Positions 36,034 through 46,673 of a stretch of DNA of 64,000 nucleotides are shown piece by piece. The notes under the pieces are model-generated. The model was not told where the DNA came from and made no database searches. It saw only the letters and a program-made list of their open reading frames with translations. Within the stretch, counting starts at the first letter, position 1. Each line of letters opens with the position of its first letter. Source of the stretch: a virus. A program made the translations under genes and the position numbers. The stretch covers positions 32,001 to 96,000 of IMG/VR virus record IMGVR_UViG_3300042539_000280. The stretch is one strand, 5' to 3'.

Positions 36034-39000
36034 TTACATTTGAAGGGCAATACATCTTAGGTCACCGACCTTTGGATATATTGCTGAATTATCACTGAGT
36101 AGACCAATCTTTACAGAGAAAGACTTATATCCAGTGAAGGACAATCCGTCGTCGGTGGTATAAGTTACCTCACCGTTTGGACCTCTTAGTGAAGGCTGCT
36201 GACCAATCTGGCCGATTACTGTGTTACCAACAACCACGCCTGTAGAGTTGACAACGTTTGCGGTTTCACCAATTAGGTAACCGGTGTCGGACATTACATA
36301 GATTGTACCTTCGATACGGTCAACAGTGGTTTCCGTTGCGGAGGTTAGACCTACTAGAGTGTCACCAACATTGATTGTTGAAACACCAGAGATAAACATG
36401 GTGCTGCCGATTGTCAATCTATCTGGTGTAGTAGAAGGAATGTTATAGTTGTATTCAATGTAATCGTTACGATCATCCTTAGATGAATACTTACCATCTT
36501 CGATTCCTGGTCTTACCAATTCTACCCAACCCTTGCTTTCGAATGATGTTGAGGTATCTTCGGCATGAGCAAGTCTCAACCAAACCTTTACATCAGTTCC
36601 TGGTGGACGATATGCTGCAAGAATGACCTCCATATCTTCGGCATCCTGGCCTTCGGCAAGTGTTACTGTTCTTGAAATATACTTATTCAATAGAGCACCA
36701 CCGGTAGCCAAAGTCTCATTGGTTGTATTAGAATTGATATGAGTATCAATATAGACAGAATGTGTCTTTGTTAGATCAAGTACCGGTGAAACAGTATTTG
36801 ATCCGGTTCTCATACCAACTTTTACCATATTTGTTCTGTTACCAGAGAAACTATTGATTTCTTTGGTTCTTGAGTATAGCGCCTGCTCGGTTTCAAAGTG
36901 ATAAGTTTCTGATGGTTCAATATCGAAATAAGCACCTTCGATTCCTGTATTGGAATAGGTTTTCATTTGGAAGTTGATATCAGTTCCTTTGAACTTCAAC
37001 ATTGAAGGTTCAAAAGATAGTGCTGAATATCTAAAGTTCTGAGTTGGATCAGCACCTTCAATAACACCTTGAACGCTTGTATCGGTCATGGCAAGGATAA
37101 CGTCATTGGCTATGAATCCACCACCAGAACCGGTTAGGTGAAGCATACTCATTTCTGCACCGTCAACATAGAAGTTCAAGAAACCTCTTGCATTGGTAAT
37201 AGTCGAAACTGTTGCATCAACACCCTTATAAACAAGGTTTGAAGCAAAGAAACAGTGAACAACCTCACCATTGGCAAAGCCTGTATTACCCATGGAGTAA
37301 ACACCACCATTGATGCTTCTAACCTCGGAGTTTCCAGATGCACCAATGAGTAGATCGCCTACTGCAATTGGGCCATTAGGACCGGTGTTAGCACCAGTTA
37401 GTGTTAGTTTATCACCAGAGATAAACAAGTCGCCAGAGTTATTGGCATCAAATGGAATTGTTCTGTTTCTTACGAAAATTCTTTCAACAGGACTATTACC
37501 AAGATATGCAACACCATCGACGTTTTCAACGAAGTCTGCTCTCCAGAAACGAACGGCCATATCAACATCAGGAATAATATCCCAGTTGGTATTGTTGTTT
37601 GTCTGATAGAATGTACCAAAACCACGGCGATCAACAATTGGCTGTCCTGTATTGATATCGTTTTCACCGAGTTTGGATACCCATAGATAAGTATCTGGGT
37701 TAGCATTGATAGGATGGATAACCAATGCATACTGGGTATTGTGCATCAAGAATACAGGTGCCTTGAATACTGCTCTTAGAGGGCTTGTGATGCCATTTGG
37801 TGAAAGAATAATCTGGTCAGGATCATCAAAGTGAACTTCTGAATATGGAACCTGGTTTCTTGTAATCTGCTGACCGGAATCCATTTCACGAATTTCAATC
37901 CAAATACCGTAGTCTCTGGACTTGCGTGACACGAATAGATCAACAGAGGTCAAGAACATACCTTCTTCACCCTTTGGTGCCTTGGCAAGGAATGAATATG
38001 CCGAGCATGAGTGTGAACACTGTGGTGGTGGAGGAGGTGCTGCAAGGAATGATGAATCGGATGAATAGTATGTATTCGATACCTCAACGTCATAATAAGA
38101 GATTGTCTGAGTTGACATGACGGTTCTCTGAACCTGCTGAGACAATCCTTCGGCAGTAAAGATAGCACGACCACCAGTGGTCACCGCATCAGAGAATGTT
38201 GCGCCCTGGACTGCGGATTCATCGATGTTTACTGGACTATCAACAACCACTAGGGCACGTTGGCCTGTTCTGAATTTATTTGCCTCGATATTCACCTGGA
38301 AGTAAACTTTACCCTTATCATCGGTGATTAGAGGTGCACCGTATGCGGCCCATGGTGGTTGTGCTACAGTAGTGGTACTTGTATCTGTGATAGCGGTAAA
38401 CTGTGTAGCAGTAATTGGTCGGCAACTATTGGCCATTGGAACGTTATCGAAATAGGCCCATACACGAGTATAAGGTTTCATGTTGACGGCAGAAACGGTG
38501 ATCATCTGTGGACGAATATAAGGAACAATAGAGGTATTGATAACCTTATAACCGGTTGTCTGAATGTCTGTACCAGTTGCTTGCCAATGCTGTGTACCTG
38601 TTCTATAATTGGTGAATAGGGTTTCAATGCTTACACCCTTACCACCAACTGGGTTATTGTTATTGGCAATCTGCTTGGCCTGGTCATAGTTCTGAACGTT
38701 AGCAGCAACTAGGGTTCTGTTAGTACCTGTTCCCTTATAAACATTATAACCAGTAATCCACTTCTGCCAAGCATTCCATTCGGTGTTGATACCCTTTCTA
38801 GTTACTGGATAAGTTTCTGTACCATAAGTAACAATATTTACTCTTGAACTGCCGAGCAATTCATCTGGTAGTTTTGTTGTATCAACCCAGATATCTGAAT
38901 CAGGGAATAGAGATACAGTACCTAGGAACAACCATGACTGTCTTTCAACGTTTCTATCAGTTGTAACACGAGTCTGCTCATAATGCATAACCTCGGTATA

Positions 39001-42000
39001 CTTCATTGTTAGAACAGAAGAAGTCTTAGATAGATTGGTATTTGACAGATAATCATATGGGAATGAGTCCATGGTATAAACTGGACGCAAACACTTTTCG
39101 TCAGTATCATATGTGATCTGATGGTCGTCATTATAAGTGGCCGATAGACTGTTATCACGGAAGGTATCGGTAAAGATACCATTCTTGAATCGATCAAGAC
39201 CATTTACGTCCTTGATGACCATATCAGCAGCAGACTTTTCAAGAATTGACAATGAGGTGTAATACTCAAGATTGACAATTCTTTGCTGTAGTGTACCAAT
39301 ATCACGCATGGTGTAACGCATGTTTGATAGTTTCTTGGTAGTCACGGCAGCATCAATTTTACCTAGAGATTCGGCATATGCTGGTGATAGAGAAGGATAA
39401 GGTGTAACAGTAATAGAGGCCAGTGGCATTGTGCCTTCTGGTGCTATTGGTGTTACAGGGTTGACGTTCGGTGCCCCTTTGATAACCTGGAATCTCTTAT
39501 CACGATCAACCACAACAAGATCGATACGGCCAAGATAATACCAATAATCATAGAGAATTGGTGATGATGGAACTGGGAATCTAAGACTTGTTAGATAGTT
39601 GAATGTTGATGAAGAACCTGGATTTACGGTTGCGCCGGCCACAGTTGTAGCAGACGGATTAGCGGTAGAAACCTTAACTGGTCTAAAGTCAAGATGGTTT
39701 CTTAGATCATATTCGCCGCCAGTTGTTGGTGACTTATAAACAGGAATGTTTTCTGTTCTGATATTTGTAGATGCGTTGAATAGAGCATCATTATCCTGGA
39801 TTGGATATGAGTCAATTGAGAAATAACCTGCACGGTCTGTAAAGTCTTGTGTAAAGTAATCTAGTTCAACAAGTAGTTTATCACCTGCTTTTAGAGGTGT
39901 TTTTGGTTTGATTGTTGCTAGATCATAAAGAGTATCCTTCTGTCCATTATCGAAAATGAATGAAGAAGTAACGTCTGTGCCATCGGTGTTTGATGTTGGA
40001 TAAGAACCATTCTTTAGTCGAATTGTTCTAATCTTATAAACATCAGAGAAACCTAGAATGTAAGGATTTGTTGCACCAAGGCCAGAGGCGTTAGTATCAA
40101 CATCGATTTTGACATAACGATGTGTATTGAGTTCTTTAGCAATTTCCTTGGCAGACTGTCTCTGCACTCTGGTTGTAACAGTAGCATAAAGAGGACCAGA
40201 GAAAGTCTCCTGTAGGTTTACTGTCAATGAAGTTGGTGTAGCAGCAACAGTTCTAACAGTACCAGCATCAACACCCTTGGTTGTAAGGTCGATAATATCA
40301 CCAGTGTAATAAACCTTGAAAAGATTATTAGCGGCGATTGTTGCTGGAAGAGTTGTATCAACTGTTAGTGCGGTTGGGCCAGAAATGCTGGTTACGAAGA
40401 AAATAGTATCGTTACCAGCAATGGCAATCTTGTCACCAACGTTTAGGCGATCAAAGCGAGTACCAGTTCCTTGTAGTGTTGTGGTACCGGCGCCGCCTGT
40501 GCCGCTACCGCTTAGAGCAATAGTGGCTGTGTTGGCACCTGCAACGGTTTTATTGAACACAACAAGAATATCACGCTTATCAGCAGCAGAAAGGTTCGTT
40601 GTTCCGTATGGATATCTATCAGAACCTAGTGCCGATAGAGTTGTGATAAAGCGACCGTTAGCAGCAACTTGTAGAGAAGAACCTGTAGCGCCTACTGTCT
40701 GGTTGAACTCATAAGTAGTATCAATATTCGAAATATTGTCAACACTTCTGATTGCTCTTGTATAATCTGAACCAGTCTTATAAAGTAGTGGTGCATCTGC
40801 CTTTCCAAGTAGAGCCAATTGTGTATTGTTGGCACTGTTCATGATAGGGTCAGCAGAGATATTAGAATTAGGTGTTGAATTTTTGAAATAGATATTCTTT
40901 ACCTGCGGGAATGTATTTGTTCCCAGCATCTTGATATCAGATAGGTAAATGTTATAAATTGGATCAATACCTGGGCTACCAGAAACATATTCAATTGAAT
41001 TGAAAACAGCGGATCCAATCTTAGCACCTGACTGAGCACCATCACCCCATTTCTTATTGACAATTCTTCTCTGTGCGGTGTTGTAAAGGTCAACCAGGTT
41101 GCCCTTATCAAGTTCCCAACCACCAACGACGTTATTTGCTTGAACGTAGTTGCCCATTGTAGCAGAGGAAATCTGCTGGTTTACGTTGGATGATGTTAGA
41201 CCTTTTTCTGTGGTTAGTTCGTAGGTAGAAAGTGCACCTACCTCATAACCTTTGACATAAGCAAGACCTGGTGAAACACCTACGAATAGTAGTTTGTTAT
41301 CACCATTGGCATAACGACCAAAGTTTGAACCTGTGTCATCATGCTCACGAATCTGAATATCAAGTCCTCTGACCACATAGTCGCCAGAGTTGTCGTATGT
41401 TCTCTTGGCCATTGCATCATTGATAAGATTATACTGTGTCTTTTCATAATTATCAATGATAATACCGTTCTCCATTTTGAATAGAGTAACGAAATCTTTT
41501 GTCGTGGCATCGGAATTTACTGGAAGAACCGTTAGAACAGGATCCAACTTTAGTCGATCTGCACCTGGTGCAGAATAGTTAGAGGCCTCCTGTGCTGGAT
41601 CCAGTAGAGAAGAATCCATAGAAGAATTGATAATATCTTCTGTAATAAACATACCAACTCGTGCGGTTGGATTTGGATTATAACGATCAATAATTACAGA
41701 TTGTGTTGGGAACGCAATAAAGTGGTTCTTAGCAAAGATAACACCTTCTGAAATGGTGAAACGAGAACCAAATCCTGTTGGTGCTGGATCGGTTGGATGA
41801 ACAACCAAGGTATAATTTGTACCGTAAACGTTTGCTGTAAGTGTTTCATTAGAGGAGAATGTCTTGATAGTAACGTTTGCCGATGTGGCCGCTGCGGTAT
41901 ATGAAAGATAAAGTGTTTTAGTGTTGGAAGAGGACTCAACACCGTCTAATACTTGAACAAGTTGTGCCTTGACGCCGCTGGTGCCTACAACCTCAATACG

Positions 42001-42366
42001 ATCATTTGCATCTTTACTTGCTTTAGAAAGAACCGCATCAAAAACATCCATATCAACTGGATTACTGGAGGCATCGGTATCTCTAACTTTGACATAACGA
42101 ATACCACGACCTACTGTGGCGCCGTTGTGTGTTTCGAATGTAAAGTTTCCTGGAAGAACAATACTGCCGTCTTTGAAAATGTTTTTACCAAAGCGATTGA
42201 TCTGCTCCTGTAGGGCAGACTGCATCTGTGTAAGTTCACGGGCCTGAACCGCATATCCTGGCTTGAATAGAATACGATAATACTGATTAGATGGATCGTA
42301 GTCGTCGTAATAAGGAGTTACATTGAAATCTGTAGTCAATGCGGTTGTATTAGCAGTATTTGCCAT
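36034..42366 (-). CDS. Large baseplate/virion protein (VrlC/DUF4815-like, 2110 aa)
   Basis: FNV.PYYDD.D....YYRILFKPG.AVQARELTQ.QS, APGADRLK, LEYYTSLS.LE, DRFKNG.F.D.F. Confidence 0.88.
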   Translation of the reverse strand: MANTANTTALTTDFNVTPYYDDYDPSNQYYRILFKPGYAVQARELTQMQSALQEQINRFGKNIFKDGSIVLPGNFTFETHNGATVGRGIRYVKVRDTDASSNPVDMDVFDAVLSKASKDANDRIEVVGTSGVKAQLVQVLDGVESSSNTKTLYLSYTAAATSANVTIKTFSSNETLTANVYGTNYTLVVHPTDPAPTGFGSRFTISEGVIFAKNHFIAFPTQSVIIDRYNPNPTARVGMFITEDIINSSMDSSLLDPAQEASNYSAPGADRLKLDPVLTVLPVNSDATTKDFVTLFKMENGIIIDNYEKTQYNLINDAMAKRTYDNSGDYVVRGLDIQIREHDDTGSNFGRYANGDNKLLFVGVSPGLAYVKGYEVGALSTYELTTEKGLTSSNVNQQISSATMGNYVQANNVVGGWELDKGNLVDLYNTAQRRIVNKKWGDGAQSGAKIGSAVFNSIEYVSGSPGIDPIYNIYLSDIKMLGTNTFPQVKNIYFKNSTPNSNISADPIMNSANNTQLALLGKADAPLLYKTGSDYTRAIRSVDNISNIDTTYEFNQTVGATGSSLQVAANGRFITTLSALGSDRYPYGTTNLSAADKRDILVVFNKTVAGANTATIALSGSGTGGAGTTTLQGTGTRFDRLNVGDKIAIAGNDTIFFVTSISGPTALTVDTTLPATIAANNLFKVYYTGDIIDLTTKGVDAGTVRTVAATPTSLTVNLQETFSGPLYATVTTRVQRQSAKEIAKELNTHRYVKIDVDTNASGLGATNPYILGFSDVYKIRTIRLKNGSYPTSNTDGTDVTSSFIFDNGQKDTLYDLATIKPKTPLKAGDKLLVELDYFTQDFTDRAGYFSIDSYPIQDNDALFNASTNIRTENIPVYKSPTTGGEYDLRNHLDFRPVKVSTANPSATTVAGATVNPGSSSTFNYLTSLRFPVPSSPILYDYWYYLGRIDLVVVDRDKRFQVIKGAPNVNPVTPIAPEGTMPLASITVTPYPSLSPAYAESLGKIDAAVTTKKLSNMRYTMRDIGTLQQRIVNLEYYTSLSILEKSAADMVIKDVNGLDRFKNGIFTDTFRDNSLSATYNDDHQITYDTDEKCLRPVYTMDSFPYDYLSNTNLSKTSSVLTMKYTEVMHYEQTRVTTDRNVERQSWLFLGTVSLFPDSDIWVDTTKLPDELLGSSRVNIVTYGTETYPVTRKGINTEWNAWQKWITGYNVYKGTGTNRTLVAANVQNYDQAKQIANNNNPVGGKGVSIETLFTNYRTGTQHWQATGTDIQTTGYKVINTSIVPYIRPQMITVSAVNMKPYTRVWAYFDNVPMANSCRPITATQFTAITDTSTTTVAQPPWAAYGAPLITDDKGKVYFQVNIEANKFRTGQRALVVVDSPVNIDESAVQGATFSDAVTTGGRAIFTAEGLSQQVQRTVMSTQTISYYDVEVSNTYYSSDSSFLAAPPPPPQCSHSCSAYSFLAKAPKGEEGMFLTSVDLFVSRKSRDYGIWIEIREMDSGQQITRNQVPYSEVHFDDPDQIILSPNGITSPLRAVFKAPVFLMHNTQYALVIHPINANPDTYLWVSKLGENDINTGQPIVDRRGFGTFYQTNNNTNWDIIPDVDMAVRFWRADFVENVDGVAYLGNSPVERIFVRNRTIPFDANNSGDLFISGDKLTLTGANTGPNGPIAVGDLLIGASGNSEVRSINGGVYSMGNTGFANGEVVHCFFASNLVYKGVDATVSTITNARGFLNFYVDGAEMSMLHLTGSGGGFIANDVILAMTDTSVQGVIEGADPTQNFRYSALSFEPSMLKFKGTDINFQMKTYSNTGIEGAYFDIEPSETYHFETEQALYSRTKEINSFSGNRTNMVKVGMRTGSNTVSPVLDLTKTHSVYIDTHINSNTTNETLATGGALLNKYISRTVTLAEGQDAEDMEVILAAYRPPGTDVKVWLRLAHAEDTSTSFESKGWVELVRPGIEDGKYSSKDDRNDYIEYNYNIPSTTPDRLTIGSTMFISGVSTINVGDTLVGLTSATETTVDRIEGTIYVMSDTGYLIGETANVVNSTGVVVGNTVIGQIGQQPSLRGPNGEVTYTTDDGLSFTGYKSFSVKIGLLSDNSAIYPKVGDLRCIALQM

Positions 42367-42382
42367 CTTTTATTCTTTCCTC

Positions 42383-43714
42383 TTAGAAACTTAGAACGAT
42401 TTTGAAGTCTTCCGATTGATCCTCGGCTCTTGCGATTGTAGCAATGTTATCTGTATATAGGAGATTTCCTGTATATCGCTTGGCGTCGGGATATGTGATC
42501 GAACTGACATATCTTGATGTGGTCGAGGTATTACCAATCAACAACTGTGATGTTGGATTACCCTCTGTATTTGTTAGAGTGACAATTGCATTAGTAGAAT
42601 CCCAACCTGCTACTGTTCCTTTGAATGTAGCATTTGCTAAGTTAGTTCCCTGATATACAGTTTCGTCCTCAATATAGGCCGATGTCGATGAACTCTGACT
42701 TAGTGTAATTTTGGTGATCTGAGAAAATGCTGAGTTAGAGATTGTAAATTCATTATAATAATCTCTTGGATCCTGAATTATAGAAATTTGTCTAAAATCA
42801 TTTTCTGTGGTAATAACACCATTTTCTGATCCGTCCAACTTGACATTGATAATAAGGAATGAACCGCCCAATTCAACCAAAGGATTGGAACCATGTCCTT
42901 GTGGTGGACTAATGATTGCTCTTGCTACAGCGCCGGCGCCGTGAGTAGACTTGAAGGTTATATCTGCATATGTATAACCTGAACCTTTGTTATCGATGGT
43001 GACATTTGAAACATTAGCGGAGGTTAGGCTTCGTGTAGCATATGCATTAGCATACTTACCATCTCCTGTAATAATTACAGAAATGTTATTTGATGTATAT
43101 CCTGTTCCACTAGATGTAACCTGAATATGATGAATAGCACCATCAAGGGCGTTATCCTGAACCTGCCACTGTAGAGAGTTGTCGTCAGATAGTAATGTCT
43201 TGACAGGCATATAATCTGCGGTAAGGAATCTTTCTTGTTCTTCACCAGTTAGTGTGAACATATATTTCCAGATATACTTGTCGGCAGTCTGGAAATGTCC
43301 TGATGGGTTGGTTGCGGTTGGTTTGAATGTTGATACTTTACCATAATTATTGGAGAGACATTTATAAACGTTGAACTCGTCTGTCATAACATAAAAAGGA
43401 GTATTTGCACTTTTTAGATCCAATGAATTTGCCATATGATCGTAGGCAATATAAACTGTGTTAGCAGTCCAGTTATGTCTTTTTACGGCATGTCTAACGT
43501 CATTACTGGTAATCTTCTTACCACCAATCATATTCTTCCAAATTTCACCAACGGCAGCAACCGATGTATTGGCCTGAGGTGGATTTGATTCATTAGTCCA
43601 TGGTGCAGGACGACCGAATGTTAGGTAAACATTGGCACCTTGATCACGGGATAATGCTTCTCTAAATTGTTCGGCTACGAAGATTTCAAGATTTTTTGAA
43701 TAAACAGATGACAT
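42383..43714 (-). CDS. gp8: Baseplate wedge subunit
   Basis: FYVM...FNVYKCL.N, T.D.YIWKYMF, I.PP.GHG.N...ELG, DFRQI.II.DP, R..DQ.ED.KIV..F. Confidence 0.9.
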   Translation of the reverse strand: MSSVYSKNLEIFVAEQFREALSRDQGANVYLTFGRPAPWTNESNPPQANTSVAAVGEIWKNMIGGKKITSNDVRHAVKRHNWTANTVYIAYDHMANSLDLKSANTPFYVMTDEFNVYKCLSNNYGKVSTFKPTATNPSGHFQTADKYIWKYMFTLTGEEQERFLTADYMPVKTLLSDDNSLQWQVQDNALDGAIHHIQVTSSGTGYTSNNISVIITGDGKYANAYATRSLTSANVSNVTIDNKGSGYTYADITFKSTHGAGAVARAIISPPQGHGSNPLVELGGSFLIINVKLDGSENGVITTENDFRQISIIQDPRDYYNEFTISNSAFSQITKITLSQSSSTSAYIEDETVYQGTNLANATFKGTVAGWDSTNAIVTLTNTEGNPTSQLLIGNTSTTSRYVSSITYPDAKRYTGNLLYTDNIATIARAEDQSEDFKIVLSF

Positions 43715-43736
43715 ATTATCTCTCTTGTTGATCCTT

Positions 43737-43744
43737 TATTTATA
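43737..43744 (-). promoter_or_regulatory. Canonical late promoter TATAAATA for gp8 and downstream genes
   Basis: Exact consensus overlapping the upstream stop codon. Confidence 0.7.
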
Positions 43745-46673
43745 ACCCAAACCTACCACGATGTTTGTTGAATAGATTGGTCATTTCTGTATTAGAGAAT
43801 GGTCTATTGTAAATTTCAACAATAGAAATTCTACCGTTCATTGTATTTGCGGAGTCGTTTCTAGCACCAATGTATAGGTTATTAGCAGAATCCGAAACGC
43901 CATTAGAAACACCATCGGTAATACCAACAAACTGACCATTGAAATATCCACGGGCGTGTGTGCCGTCATAGGTAAATGCTGCCATATACCAACTATTGGC
44001 ATTGGCGTTACTGGTTAGTTTTAGAATATTATTTGCCGTATATGGTCTGACAATAATATTTACATCATTGTTCTGACTATTTATTTCAAATCCTCTGGTG
44101 AAGGTAGGATTCTGTTTAGATACCACTGTCTTATACTGTGCATTGGCCTTATCAAGATAGAACCACGCAGCAACGGTCATCTTATTATCAACATTCAATG
44201 AGTTAGCATGATTTAGAACAATAGTGTTATTTACACCATTGGCGGCAAGGAACTTGAATCCTGATGCGGAGTAATTGACAATGGTTGTATTGGCATTGGT
44301 TACAGTATTTGTAACGTTACCGTAAACCATGCTAGAATACACGATGACATTGGCAATATTAGCATACTGCTTGGTATTAGCAGCATTATACCAAATGGTA
44401 TTGGCCAATATATTATTGTTTGTATGATCCTTATAATAGTTAGCGGAATCAAATAGAACAATAAGATTTGTTGTATTTACACCAGAAGCAATGAATGTAT
44501 TGGCAATTGAAATATCCAACTTTCCAGTTTCGTCATTATCCTGGAATAGATACTGACCATACATTTTGAGTCCGGCAGGATGAATAAGATCCGTTATTGC
44601 CTGTCTATAACGATCCATAGACTCGCTCATTTTGATAACGTATGAATATTTCTGGTAATAATCTCTGTTCTGTAGGAACATATAAGACGACAACTGGCCA
44701 TCCTGATTTAGATAACGACCTGGATATGAATAAACACCAGTAACAACGTTGGCAAAGGCATTAGCAGTACCGTCACCAAGGCCGGTTAGATCAAGAATTG
44801 GTGCGGTTTCGTAACCATAACCACCAGAAACGATCTTGATTTCTTCAATACCACCAATGATATCGGATCTTGCCACCAATTCTGATCCGTCAGCAATACA
44901 CGAAACGACCATAACATTTGCGTTAGTTCCGCCTGATGTTAGAATATTGACATCAGGTAAAATGTCTTGACGATAACCTGAACCACCTGGTAGATGACCA
45001 TCTAGTGGCAAGAACGATACCTGTAGAATTGTACCAGTGGCATTTACTAGAGATACCTGTGCATTACCACCAACCCCATATGTACCTGGTTTATTGATGA
45101 ATTGGATAATATCACCATTAGCATAACCTGTACCGCCATCATAAATTTCCATTTTACCAAGAATACCAAGTGAACGAACAAAGGTATTAGATAGTGTAGA
45201 AACGGTTGGTAGTTCAATATAGTTTTTACCGGGGTTGATAATAGCAGTAGAAACGATAGGTCCACATGGTCCGTAGAACCAATAATTCATAGACTGTGCT
45301 ACGATTGAATTGGCATTTGGTTTCTTGACAACATCGAATGAAAGGAAATATTGACTGCCGGCCAGACCTGGTGTCAAATTCAATTCATTATAATAACGAT
45401 TGCTTTCTACAATAAGATGGGTTGTATTTGTGTCTATAATATGGACATAATCACCGGTTTCAAAATAAACATTTGAATTACCCATATTATCAGATAGAGT
45501 AACAACGTTCTGTGTACCACCAGCACCAACATTGATTGTTAGATTGGCGGTAACGGTATAAATTGTGTTTAGATTTGAATAAGCAAAACCTTCGTTATCA
45601 TCGACGGTGTTGGCAATCTGTGTATTCGCAACGTCAATAATTTGTGAGGCAACAATATCATAATATGCTGGATGATATGTTTCGTCATCTTGAACGGTAA
45701 ATACGTTAGCAGCAGCACCAGTTCCACCACCACCTGTTAGTAGCAGGTTGGTGTTTGAAACATAACCGGCACCAGATAGTATAACGTCAACAGCCTTGAT
45801 CGAACCCTCAAGTCTCTTATTGACAACCTTGGAGATAATAAGTGTTCCCTTATTACCTTCGAATCCTGCTGGTGGAATAATTGGAACAGATGCACCTTGA
45901 GTATAACCAGAACCTGGAGTTACAACTGTTACTTTGACAATAATACCAGAATAAAGGTTGGCCGAAAGTTCTTTGGTAATACCTTCATCTTCGATAAAAC
46001 AGAATAGTTTTTCACCGTTGATAAAGTCTTGCTCAACACCAGAAACCTTTAGTTCTGTAACAAGTGCGGTTGCATCATAATAAGCATCAACACTTTCTAC
46101 CTTTGCGGTAGAATTGGATGTATTACCTCTAATAGTGGTATTGATAAAACGTGTAAAGGCATCGGTATTAGCAACACCATTGACCGTAATATCTCTAATG
46201 TTTAGAGACTTTTCAACAAACCATTTACCGTCTGATGCTTTGAGAATATTGTCCTGTGGATAGTAAATATCCGCATCTTTATTGAATAGAATACGGGCAA
46301 TATATCTGATCGATTTTTCAGAACCGGTTGTTCTATAGAATTGTTTTGAGTGCTTGGCGATAATATTCATATCGGCCATAGCATCATCAGGAATATAACG
46401 AATAGTATTCTGATATAGTTTTGTCAGAATTTGGTAATATTCGGTATTTTCTTCAAGTTCTGGATGCTCGGCAATATCTTCCGAAATAACATCAACGTCC
46501 ATATATGAAGCAAAGTTCTTAGTAACATAGGCAAGTTCACCTTCCTGTTCTAAGAACTTATAATAACCTTCAATAAACTCAACAAAGATTGGATGATCTC
46601 TATTGACAAACTCTGGTAGTTGTGACGCTACCAGATAGGATGTTTTATTATTGGACGATGCGGAATGTGACAT
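43740..46673 (-). CDS. gp7: Baseplate wedge initiator (gp7-like) with a C-terminal LamG/ConA-like domain
   Basis: V.SQLPEFV...HP.FV.F..GYY.FLE, FY...GS..S, LKASDGKW, Q...YYQ.YSY.I, HPAG...YG; C-terminal W...AFTYDG...YFNG...LYIG...IYNR. Confidence 0.75.
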   Translation of the reverse strand: MSHSASSNNKTSYLVASQLPEFVNRDHPIFVEFIEGYYKFLEQEGELAYVTKNFASYMDVDVISEDIAEHPELEENTEYYQILTKLYQNTIRYIPDDAMADMNIIAKHSKQFYRTTGSEKSIRYIARILFNKDADIYYPQDNILKASDGKWFVEKSLNIRDITVNGVANTDAFTRFINTTIRGNTSNSTAKVESVDAYYDATALVTELKVSGVEQDFINGEKLFCFIEDEGITKELSANLYSGIIVKVTVVTPGSGYTQGASVPIIPPAGFEGNKGTLIISKVVNKRLEGSIKAVDVILSGAGYVSNTNLLLTGGGGTGAAANVFTVQDDETYHPAYYDIVASQIIDVANTQIANTVDDNEGFAYSNLNTIYTVTANLTINVGAGGTQNVVTLSDNMGNSNVYFETGDYVHIIDTNTTHLIVESNRYYNELNLTPGLAGSQYFLSFDVVKKPNANSIVAQSMNYWFYGPCGPIVSTAIINPGKNYIELPTVSTLSNTFVRSLGILGKMEIYDGGTGYANGDIIQFINKPGTYGVGGNAQVSLVNATGTILQVSFLPLDGHLPGGSGYRQDILPDVNILTSGGTNANVMVVSCIADGSELVARSDIIGGIEEIKIVSGGYGYETAPILDLTGLGDGTANAFANVVTGVYSYPGRYLNQDGQLSSYMFLQNRDYYQKYSYVIKMSESMDRYRQAITDLIHPAGLKMYGQYLFQDNDETGKLDISIANTFIASGVNTTNLIVLFDSANYYKDHTNNNILANTIWYNAANTKQYANIANVIVYSSMVYGNVTNTVTNANTTIVNYSASGFKFLAANGVNNTIVLNHANSLNVDNKMTVAAWFYLDKANAQYKTVVSKQNPTFTRGFEINSQNNDVNIIVRPYTANNILKLTSNANANSWYMAAFTYDGTHARGYFNGQFVGITDGVSNGVSDSANNLYIGARNDSANTMNGRISIVEIYNRPFSNTEMTNLFNKHRGRFGL